A DNA stretch of 64,000 nucleotides. Origin: an uncultured Acidobacteriota bacterium (GTDB lineage: Bacteria > Acidobacteriota > JAQAZP01). The DNA is taken from positions 2,752,001 through 2,816,000 of the forward strand of contig CAWIIB010000009.1 in the NCBI GenBank assembly GCA_963836075.1, written 5' to 3'. This document shows, one piece after another, positions 1 to 11,000 of the stretch (the first letter of the stretch is position 1; the number at the start of each line of letters is the position of its first letter). Both the position numbers and the translations under genes were made by a program. The notes beneath the pieces were generated by a model, which had not been told where the DNA came from, did no database searches, and was given only the letters and a program-made list of their open reading frames with translations.

Positions 1-18
1 TGGACCTGGTGGGACGGC

Positions 19-1919
<1,901 letters not shown>

Positions 1920-1923
<4 letters not shown>

Positions 1924-3065
1924 GGGCTGTCCTGTTCCGTCCCCGGCTCCCCGGGCGTGTGGAGGACCAGTTCACCATTGCGGATTATTCCCAGGTGCAG
2001 CGGGCGGTTCACCTCGCGGTCCGAATTGAAGAGGATCGGCCCGGCCACACCGGGGAAGGGGGGCTGGTCACCGCTGAGCCGGGCGAGGTGGTCCCGTATC
2101 TCCTCCCTGCTGCGTGCTCCTTCCAGCACCGCCTGGTGCAGCAGCAGCAGGGCGTCGTGGGCCAGGGCTGCTTCATATCCGGGAGTGGTTCCCCATTTCG
2201 AACGGAACTGTTCAGCGAACTCCGCATTGCCCGGGTGCGGGATGTCGGGATGGTAGAACAGCGCCAGCGGCATTCCCTCGAACATGCCGGCCAGATCGCC
2301 CCGCATATTGCAGGTGCCCATGCTGTCCGCGCCGAGCAGGGGAATGACGCTCCCCTGGCGGAGCAGTTCTTTCTGCACTTTTCCTGCCTGCAGTGGTTGA
2401 CAGATCAGCACCAGCAGGTCAGGTTGCTGTTCAATGATCAACTGGACGTACAGTTCCACCTGGGCCGGCTTGGTATAACCCGAGCCGAGGAGGGAGGAGA
2501 AGGTGATCGCACCGCCCAACAGTTCGAACTCCCTCTGAAAGAGATCCGACAGCCCCCGGCCGTAATCGCTGTTCTGGTAGACCACGGCACAGCGCCGGGC
2601 GCCAAGGCGGTTCCAGGCGGCATCGGCCAGGAACTCGGCCTGGTGGGTGTCGTTGGGGCAGAGCTTGAAGGTCCAGGGGCCGGTTTCCAGCAGCTTGGGA
2701 CTGGTGGCGGTGGGGATGACCTGGGGAATGCCGTGGCGGTTGAACATGCTGGCTGCGGCCAGCGATGAGTCGCTGCTGGAGAAGCCGATCACGGCCAGGA
2801 TGTCCGGGTCACTGCAAAAGGCTTCGGAGGAGCGGACCACCATTGCCGGGGTCCATCCCCGGGTTTCGTCGTAGACCACCTCCAGCCGCACCGGGCTTCC
2901 CGACTGCTCGATGCGGGAGGTGGCGATGGCGAGGGCCATGCGGAATGCGGGGTCCCCCTGGCAGCCCACCGTGAGCACCGGCGGCTCCTCCCGGCAGGCG
3001 GAGGCCGCCAGCACAGCCACCAGGGCGGCGATGAGGAGTATTGTGCTGGACCGCTGAAAAATCAT
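1920..3065 (-). CDS. Periplasmic binding protein type I (LivJ/LivK-like), probable lipoprotein
   Basis: Signal ending LAASAC; AVIG..SS, PTATSPKL, YQNSDYGRGL, FPGVAGPILF motifs typical of the branched-chain amino-acid binding family; ATGA overlap with the kinase. Confidence 0.85.
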
Positions 3066-3092
3066 TGTCCCCCGTTTGCCTGATCCACTGGA

Positions 3093-6014
3093 TCAGGGTG
3101 CGGTGGCCGCCACCGTGCAGCTGTCCGCGGCACTGCCCCCGGAGGGGGCGTAGGGCGGCTGGTTGTAGGGTGCCGGGGTCACATCCACTGCTGTGACGGT
3201 GAAGACATTCAATCCCACCAGGGAGCCCAGTGCCGGGAAATTCTGGTTCCAGGCGGTGCTGAACACCTCTCCGGGGGCCAGGTTGGTCCAGCCGGCCCGC
3301 CAGTTGCCGTAGCTCGCCCCGCCGGCCACCGCCAGGTCGATTCGGCCCGCCGCCCGCCGGTTTTCGGCAGTGGTGTTGGCCAGTAGCACCGTGAACTGCG
3401 AAACGAAGGGCAGCACCCCCATCATCGGCTGGCAGTCGAGCGAGGCGGTGACCGTCGGCCCGGAAGGCAGGCTGAGACCGAAGAATTCGAGCATCCCGGC
3501 CAACAGTTCCTGCTTCGTGCTCGGGGACACACCGTCGGCCAGGCCGCCGAATTCGAAGGAGGCGGCGATGGTGTTGTAGGTCCCGGCGGGATGGGCAACG
3601 GCGCAGCCGTAGCCCACGGCGGTGTTGACCAGCAGTTCGTAGGCCGGTGCGGTGGCGCCCAGCCGGTCGATCCAGTTGTTCTCCCCGCCGTAGCTGAACG
3701 ACATCCCCCCGGCAAAGGTGCCGGATGCGCCGGTGACCGTGGAGAGGTCCGCAGTTCCGTCACCCTCGTCGATGGTGTTGAAGTAGCCGCGCAGGGTTGC
3801 CGGGTTGCTGTCGAAGTTCCAGACGTCACCCCCCTCGAGGTAGAGGTTTCCGCCGCCTCCGAGATAGGCTGCCAGCGCCGTTTCCTCAGGGCTTCCCGAA
3901 CTGAACGTGTAATTGTTGGAGTAGATCCCCACCAGGACGAACACCGCCTGGTAGCCGCTGAGGTCGCTGCCGTACTGCAGCAGGTCGGTGACCAGCACCG
4001 AGTCCCAGCCCAGGGCGGTGAGCGCAGTCTGCATGGCTGCGCCACTGATCGGTGTGGGGTCCGCCTCCCAGATAAGGATCGAGGGCCAGCTGGGGAGGCT
4101 CACGTCGAGGGTGGTCACCCCCCCCTCGCTGACGGCGACGCCGGTTTCGGTGTGCACCGAGTAGCCGCTCAGGGCAAAACGCAGGTCATGGGACGCCCCC
4201 CCGGGGAGGGTCAGGCTGTACGCACCCGAACCGTTGGTGAAGACCGGGGTCACCGGCGTGCCGGGAACGCTGACCTCCACGCCGGTGAGCGGCAGGCCGC
4301 CGTCATCGGTGACCGTGCCCTGCACCGTGCCGGTGGCCGCGGCCACCAGGGTGAAGTCGGCGGTGACCGTGGTGTCGGCCGGCACGTTGACCACCTGCTG
4401 CTGGGTGACGTAGCCGAAGCTGCTCACCTCCAGGGTCTGGTTCAAGTCCGGCTGCACCACGATGAGGTAGCTGCCGTCCAGCGGGTCGGTGTCGGCGGTG
4501 AAGCTGTTCTCCAGCACGGCGATGTGTGCGGCCAGCGGGTCGAGGGCGCTGTCCCGCACCTGGCCGTCCACGTGGCCGTAACCGGCGCTCAGTGCAGCGG
4601 CCTGGGCGTCGACGATGCCCCAGCCGTAGTTGTTGTCCGGCGTGGCCGACTGGCTGGCCGTCTGGCGCATGGCCAGCTGGATGTCCCCCGGGGTCCAGGT
4701 GGGGTGGGCCTCCACCAGCAGGGCAGCCACGCCGCCCACCAGCGGGGTGGAGAGGCTGGTGCCGTCCACCGCGGTGTACGAGGTGGCGCCGTACGGGCTG
4801 GCACAATAGGTCGAGACACCCCGGGCGCAGACGTCCGGCTTGGTCCGGCCGTCATAGGTCGGGCCGGAGGAACTGAAGGAAGCCAGCGAACCCGAACTGT
4901 TCACCGCGCCGCAGGAGATCACCCCTTCGCTGTCCGACGGGGCGATGAGGGCGCCGGCATACTGCCCGTTGTTGCCCATGGCGTTGACCAGCACCATACC
5001 CTGGGCCACGGCCCAGTTGGCGGCGATGGTGGTGACACAGGTCTGGCCGTCCATGTCGGCAAAGTCGTACCAGTCGTCGTAACCGAGGGAGCTGGAGACC
5101 ACGTCGGCCCCGTTCAGCTCGGCCCACTCCAGGCCCTCGACGAACCAGTCCTCCTCGATGGGCACCTCCTGGGAGGTGTCCTCGGTCTTGGCCAGCAGAA
5201 AACTCGCCCCATAGGCCGGCCCATAGAGGGTGCCGTCCTTGAGTCCGCCCAGGGTGGACCAGGTGTAGGTGCCGTGGTTGTGCTGGGAACTGGGGTCACT
5301 CCCCTCGTTTTGGGTGTTGCCGTCATCGTTGATGAAGTCCCACTCGTCCAGCACGGTGAGCCCGGCAAAGGCCTCGTGGTCCTTGTAGAAGCCGGTGTCC
5401 AGCATACAGACGATTACCCCGGCGCCGCTGAAACCCATGTCGTGCAGGTCGGTTACGTTGATCTGGTCCAGCTGAGCAAAGGAACTGCCGTAGTTCAGCG
5501 CCCGCGACCCGTCGGTGCCTGTGGCATCCGGTGGTTCCACCGGGGTGATCTCCCGGCGCGTGAATCCGGCCACCCGGCTGATGCCGGCCACACAGTGGAG
5601 GGAGGAGATCTGTTCCAGTTGATCGGGCCGGGCCTCCACGCTGATGGCGTTGAGCAGCCGGCTGTCCGCCCGGTGTTTTGGACCCAGGGCCAGCACTGAC
5701 TGGCGGTACGCCGGGTTCACCGGGAGATCCCGTTCGTCCACCAGCAGGTCCGTGCGCACCTTGGCCCGCCGTTGGAGGGTCCGTTGGCCCAGTTCGGCCT
5801 TCCGCGCACCGAGGGCCTGGTCCAGCTTGTCCGCGCCGATCCCCTTGTCCGTGAAACGGATCCAGACCTTCACCGTGGGCTGGTCCGGGTGGGCCGCCAG
5901 CCAGGCGGCCAGCCGGCTGTCGATTTTCGGCGAATCCGACGCCGACACCGCCGGGACCGCGACGGCGGCCACAAGGAAGAGCAGGGTGAACAACAGGGTC
6001 ATGGCACGGTTCAT
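3093..6014 (-). CDS. Secreted subtilisin-like S8 serine peptidase with carboxypeptidase-regulatory-like and C-terminal beta domains
   Basis: Catalytic triad motifs LDTGF, HGT, GTSLSTP; signal peptide MNRAMTLLFTLLFLVAAVA; start moved from 6179 to ATG 6014 because a promoter lies at 6098-6127. Confidence 0.92.
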   Translation of the reverse strand: MNRAMTLLFTLLFLVAAVAVPAVSASDSPKIDSRLAAWLAAHPDQPTVKVWIRFTDKGIGADKLDQALGARKAELGQRTLQRRAKVRTDLLVDERDLPVNPAYRQSVLALGPKHRADSRLLNAISVEARPDQLEQISSLHCVAGISRVAGFTRREITPVEPPDATGTDGSRALNYGSSFAQLDQINVTDLHDMGFSGAGVIVCMLDTGFYKDHEAFAGLTVLDEWDFINDDGNTQNEGSDPSSQHNHGTYTWSTLGGLKDGTLYGPAYGASFLLAKTEDTSQEVPIEEDWFVEGLEWAELNGADVVSSSLGYDDWYDFADMDGQTCVTTIAANWAVAQGMVLVNAMGNNGQYAGALIAPSDSEGVISCGAVNSSGSLASFSSSGPTYDGRTKPDVCARGVSTYCASPYGATSYTAVDGTSLSTPLVGGVAALLVEAHPTWTPGDIQLAMRQTASQSATPDNNYGWGIVDAQAAALSAGYGHVDGQVRDSALDPLAAHIAVLENSFTADTDPLDGSYLIVVQPDLNQTLEVSSFGYVTQQQVVNVPADTTVTADFTLVAAATGTVQGTVTDDGGLPLTGVEVSVPGTPVTPVFTNGSGAYSLTLPGGASHDLRFALSGYSVHTETGVAVSEGGVTTLDVSLPSWPSILIWEADPTPISGAAMQTALTALGWDSVLVTDLLQYGSDLSGYQAVFVLVGIYSNNYTFSSGSPEETALAAYLGGGGNLYLEGGDVWNFDSNPATLRGYFNTIDEGDGTADLSTVTGASGTFAGGMSFSYGGENNWIDRLGATAPAYELLVNTAVGYGCAVAHPAGTYNTIAASFEFGGLADGVSPSTKQELLAGMLEFFGLSLPSGPTVTASLDCQPMMGVLPFVSQFTVLLANTTAENRRAAGRIDLAVAGGASYGNWRAGWTNLAPGEVFSTAWNQNFPALGSLVGLNVFTVTAVDVTPAPYNQPPYAPSGGSAADSCTVAATAP

Positions 6015-6097
6015 CGGTGCAGCCTCCGGGGCAAGAGTGGGGAAGAACAGGGGCGTTGAAAGTACGGCCTGCCGCCACACGGTGTTCAGACAGTCCA

Positions 6098-6127
6098 AAT
6101 ATAGGTGGCATGGTGGAGGAGCGTCAA
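6098..6127 (-). promoter_or_regulatory. Putative sigma70 promoter of the S8 peptidase gene
   Basis: Minus strand TTGACG-18 nt-TATATT, about 85 nt upstream of ATG 6014. Confidence 0.5.
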
Positions 6128-6175
6128 GGCGGCGGCGAGGCGGGGCGCTGTTCAGCACCCCGCCCGGGCATGAAA

Positions 6176-6703
6176 TCACATGCCGTAGAGGTGTCCGGTG
6201 TTCACCGGGCGGCCCATCAGCTTGAGGTAGTAGTAGAGCTGGGTCTTGTGCTGCACCAGGTGCTGGACCATCTGGATCATGTGCTTGCCGAGGGCGAATT
6301 CCATTCCCGGGGCCCAGGGCGCCGAGATTTTCTTCGAATCCATGTCCTCCTCGCCGGCCAGGGTCACCATCTCCAGTGCCACCAGCTTGTCGGCGGCCAG
6401 CATTTCGCGGGCCTGGGCCACGCTCTCCACGGAGGGCATCTTTTCCGCCGGGGGCATCATCTCCTCGTGGGACATATCCTCCATCTTGACACCCTCGGGC
6501 ATGCCCCAGTCACCGGTGACAAAGCCCTTGCAGCAGGCGCCGCAGGCGCCGGTGAGGTGAAACAGCAACTGGCCGGTGTTCATCCAGTTCGTGCCGCTGG
6601 CCGGTTTCCATCCCAGTTCGCCGTCCTCCACCATTTCCATCAGCTTGTCGGTGGCTGCGTAGGTCTCCTCGATGGCGCCGTTCAACAGTTCGGTCCAGTT
6701 CAT
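6176..6703 (-). CDS. DinB/YfiT-like family protein
   Basis: WKP...GQLLFHL and HLVQHKTQLYYYLKLMG (HxxxH metal motif); RBS AAGGAG. Confidence 0.8.
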   Translation of the reverse strand: MNWTELLNGAIEETYAATDKLMEMVEDGELGWKPASGTNWMNTGQLLFHLTGACGACCKGFVTGDWGMPEGVKMEDMSHEEMMPPAEKMPSVESVAQAREMLAADKLVALEMVTLAGEEDMDSKKISAPWAPGMEFALGKHMIQMVQHLVQHKTQLYYYLKLMGRPVNTGHLYGM

Positions 6704-6767
6704 GGCATATCTCCCTTGCTCGAATTCGGGCGGAACGCCCGGTGCTCGTCAGTATTGTTTTACTATA

Positions 6768-6894
6768 TCAGGGACGTACATGAATATATGAATTTTATCG
6801 GAACCAGGGACGTACTTGCGTTTTTGCGTTATTGGTTAACAACCATGAAACATTCCATGAGTTCCCAAAACGCAACAACGCAAGTACGTCCCTG
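6768..6894. repeat. GGGACGTAC-core repeat cluster 1: one A-type copy plus a 26-bp inverted pair of B-type copies
   Basis: 6768-6793 TCAGGGACGTACATGAATATATGAAT; 6805-6830 CAGGGACGTACTTGCGTTTTTGCGTT inverted at 6869-6894 (1 mismatch) around a 38-bp AT-rich spacer. Confidence 0.9.
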
Positions 6895-6895
6895 A

Positions 6896-7426
6896 TCACT
6901 GGGGCAGGTCGCCGTGTTCGGTGCAGAATTCCTTGCGCCGGCACTTCTCGCAGTGGGCGCCGATCCAGAGCGTGTCGAACTGCTCCATGATCGGGGCCAC
7001 CAGTCCGGGGTCGGTGGTGATGATCCCGCCCTCGAAGTTGCGGCGGTGCGGCCCCTTGGCGCCCATGCCGGCGCCGGTGAGGTTGGCGCTGCCGCTGTAG
7101 GCGAAACGGCCGTCCACCACCACGGTCTTGAAGTGGATCCGCGGGCAAAGCATCCGCTCCAGTCCTTCGATGAGGTTGGGGTAGCGGTCGAAATCCTCGC
7201 GAAAGGCCGGGCCCGGCTCCTTGGCGTGGATCAGGCGCACCGCCACCCCCTGGTCCAGCAGCTCGGAGAGGATTTCGAGAAAGGGCACCATCCGCTTGCC
7301 CTTTTCCACGTGGAGGTCCTTGAGGTCCGAGGTGCCGATCCAGAGAAACTGCTTCGCCCGGGGCACCTCGGCCAGCAGAACCTCGCGGTAGATCTCGCTG
7401 TCGGTGATGAAGCGGGTATCGGTCAT
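6896..7426 (-). CDS. Single-HKD phospholipase D/nuclease-like protein
   Basis: HFKTVVVD (HxKxxxxD) followed by GSANLT and RNFEGG; RBS AGGAGG. Confidence 0.85.
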   Translation of the reverse strand: MTDTRFITDSEIYREVLLAEVPRAKQFLWIGTSDLKDLHVEKGKRMVPFLEILSELLDQGVAVRLIHAKEPGPAFREDFDRYPNLIEGLERMLCPRIHFKTVVVDGRFAYSGSANLTGAGMGAKGPHRRNFEGGIITTDPGLVAPIMEQFDTLWIGAHCEKCRRKEFCTEHGDLPQ

Positions 7427-7471
7427 CAGGGCCTCCTGGCACCCATTATGCCAGAAAGCCCAGTGATGGCA

Positions 7472-7897
7472 TCATCCTTCCACGGCACCCGTCTGAGGGG
7501 TGTCCGGCACATGTTGCCCGAACAGGGCTTTCACACTGTTGCGGGCCAGCACGATGATGGTGAAGACACCCAGTACCGTCCCCACCGGCATGAAGAGGCA
7601 CTCCAGGCCGGCGATGATCATGCAGAACGTGTGGTTGGTCCGCCGGGACAGGTTCCGGCCGGCAAAGAAGACCAGGACGGCAAGGGTCCAGCCGGCGATG
7701 ATGAACAGTCCGGCGCCGGCCATGAAGAAGATGCCGACGATGGATTCCGGGCCCCCTTCAGAGCCCAGCGCGCCGGTGGCCATGGCCAGGCCGAGAAAGA
7801 AGTGGATCATGGGAATACAGGCGAAGAGGGCGATCATGCCCGCGGCCACGTAATGGAAAATCGTCAGAATCTTGAGATGCTCCAGGTCCTGGCTCAT
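7472..7897 (-). CDS. Small integral membrane protein of unknown function
   Basis: About 3 hydrophobic segments, PVGTVLGVFTIIVL motif; RBS GAGGGG before ATG 7897. Confidence 0.75.
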   Translation of the reverse strand: MSQDLEHLKILTIFHYVAAGMIALFACIPMIHFFLGLAMATGALGSEGGPESIVGIFFMAGAGLFIIAGWTLAVLVFFAGRNLSRRTNHTFCMIIAGLECLFMPVGTVLGVFTIIVLARNSVKALFGQHVPDTPQTGAVEG

Positions 7898-8076
7898 TGT
7901 TTTCACCCCTCATTTCTGTTGTGGATGGCTGATGATATCACTATTTGTCTTCATTACGGCCGGCCGCGGACGATATTCATGACATTTTGCAGTTCCTGTG
8001 CTTGAAGCCGGCCCACCGGCCACCTATACTTTTTATAGAGGATTACAACAGCGGCCCCCCCACGAGGAGAACCAGG

Positions 8077-11000
8077 ATGAGCGAAGCGGAAAAGACGGGC
8101 GACGGTGTCTCTTCGGGCAGCGGCGGCAGCAGCAGCGGCATGAACTGGGGGCTGAAGGATTCGATCATCGCCATCCTGGTGGTGCTGCTGGTGGTGGTGA
8201 GCGCGGTGGCCCTCCGCGGGCAATGGGGGACGGGGCAGGCCGCAGTTGCCACCACGGGTGTGGGAGAGCCGGTGACGGTCTTCGACCTGGTGCTGGACCG
8301 GGAGAACCGTGCATTCCTCGACGTGCTGTTCGACCGCGCCGTGGGCAGCGGCATGGCCGGCCAGGTGCTGGCGGAGCCGCCGGCCTCGTTCTTCCCGGCC
8401 CTGTCCGGAGTGTGGAAGTGGCGGGACACCAACACCCTCCGCTTCGAGCCCTCGGGCGGCTTCCCCATGGCCCGGGAATACCGTCTCACACTTGACCCCG
8501 AGCGCATCCTGGGCGAAGGACAGGTGATGGCCGGTGAGGCCGAGTTCACCGTGCGCACCGACCAGTTCCTGGTGGAGACCGTGGAACTCTTCGAGGAACC
8601 GGCGGCCGGTGGGGAGGGCCGGGTGACCCTGCGGGGCAGCATCGCCTTCAACTACCAGGTGGACCCCGGGGCGCTGGCCCCGCTGATCAGGCTGGAGGAC
8701 CCGGAGGCCGGCGAGGTGGCGGTGCTGCTGGAGACCTCCTGGCAGAACCGGGTGATCTCCTTCCGCACCGACCAGGTGGTGAAAACCCGCAGGGCGCGCT
8801 GGCTAAAGCTGGTGGTCGCCGGGGAGCTGACCCCGGCGGATGGTGATGTGGCCCTGGGCAAGGACTACAACAGGGATTTTCCCCTGGGGTCCCGCGACCT
8901 GCTCACCGTGCGCAGCGTGTCGTCGGAGCCGGGGCTGGAGACGTCCACCATCCAGATCGTTTTCTCGTCACCCATGGACGCCGACACGGCCAGAAAATAC
9001 ATCTCGGTGGACGGAGTGGAGACCTTCCGGCTGGTCGCCGACCGCAACAACCTGCTGCTCGGCGGCGCGTTCAGCCCGGGCGAAAAATATACCCTCTCCA
9101 TCGACGGGGGATTGCCGGCCCGGGACGGCGCGGTGCTGCAGGAGCCCTACAGCGCCGCGGTGCAGCTGAGTGACCTGGAGCCGGCCGTGGCCTTCCAGGG
9201 ACAGGGGATGTTCCTCCCCTCGGGCGGGCCGGGAAACATGGCCCTGGAAACGATAAACGTGGACCGGCTGAATCTCACCGTGGACCGGGTCTACCGCAAC
9301 AATCTTTTCTTCTTCTTCCAGCGCAACGGCCGGGGGTATTTCCGCGGCTACAACAACTACGTGGGCCAGGGCTGGCACGCCGCCGGCGACCGGATCGTGG
9401 AGACGTCCATCCCGGTCAAGTCGCAGCGCAACGCCAGGGTCGTGACCCTGCTGCCGGTGGAGGAACTGGTGGCCGGGGACGAACCCGGTCTCTACCGCGT
9501 ATTCATCGACCAGCCGGACAGCTGGCGGGCCGAGCAGCGCTGGCTGCTGGTCACCGGCATCGGCACGGTGGCCAAACAGGGGCGGGATGACTTCCTGGTC
9601 TGGGCGGTGAACAACCGCACCCTGCGGCCCATCTCCGGCGCACGGGTCACCCTGCTCTCCGACCAGAACCAGACCATCGGCAGCGGGCGGACGGACAGCG
9701 CCGGATTCTGGCGGTTGGGGAAGGGTGCGTCGTTCGACGAGAACCGGCCCTACATGGTGACCATCGAGAACGGCGATGACTTCTCCTTCCTGCTGCTGGA
9801 GCAGATGCAGGTGGATAACGCCGGCCTGGAGGTCAGCGGCTCGGCCGGTGTGGGCGACGGGTACAATGCCTTTATCTACGGCGAACGGGATATTTACCGT
9901 CCCGGCGAGACCCTGCGCGGCGCGACGCTGGTGCGTGACAGGCGCCTGGCCCCGGCGCCCTCCATGCCGGTGCTGCTCAAGCACATCGACCCCGAGGGCC
10001 GCCAGCTGGAAACCCGGCGGCTGACCCTCGACAAAAACGGAGCGGCGGAGATCACCCTCGACCTGCCGCTCCACGCCCGCACCGGGCACCACACCCTGGA
10101 ACTGAAGGCCGGGGAAAAGACCATCGGCAGTTACCCCTTCCAGGTGGAGGAGTTCGTCCCGGACCGCATCAAGGTGGCGATCACAGCGGCTTCCGCCGCT
10201 GCCGGCGGTGAACCGCTGCGGGGCGCCGTGGCCTCGAGCTACCTCTTCGGGCCGCCGGCGGCAGACCTGGGGGTGGAGACGCGGGTCAGGCTGGTCGACG
10301 CTTCGTTCAGCGCTCCCGGATACGAGGGCTTCTCCTTCCGCAACGAGGACCGGAAGTTCGACGACCGGGAGATCTTTTTCGAGGAGGCCGTTCTGGACGG
10401 TGAGGGGCGGCGGACATTCATGGCGGAACTGCCGCCAGAACTGGAGGTACCCTCCTCCCTCGAAGCCATGGTCACCGCCCGGGTGATGGAAGCGGGAGGC
10501 CGCGGCGTCTCGGCGCTCCAGCGGGTGGCGGTGCACCCCTACCCCTACTACGTGGGTCTGCGGCGCCAGGCGGAGGGGTACGCCAAGCCCGGTGAGGAAA
10601 CCGTCTTCGAATACGCCGTGGTGAAGCCCGACGGCAGCGCAGCCGTCGCCGGCCCCCTGCGCCTGGAGTTCTTCCGCGACCGCTGGCACACCGTTCTGCG
10701 GCGCACACCGGCCGGCACCTTCAGCTACCAGTCCACCAGGGAATCGGAACTGCTGGACCACCAGCAGGTGGACGGATCGGTTCGCGGCACCGCGGTATTC
10801 ACGGCGGCCGAGTACGGCAATCACCGGGTAGTGATCACCGACGAGCGGACCGGCGCCTCGGCCGGCATCTCGTTCCACGCCAGCGGCTGGGGCTATGCGC
10901 CGTGGGCCATGGAGAGCCCCGGGCGGGTGGAGCTGGAACTGGACCGCGAGGAATACCGTGCCGGCCAGACCGCCACGGTGGAGGTGCGGGCGCCCTTCCC

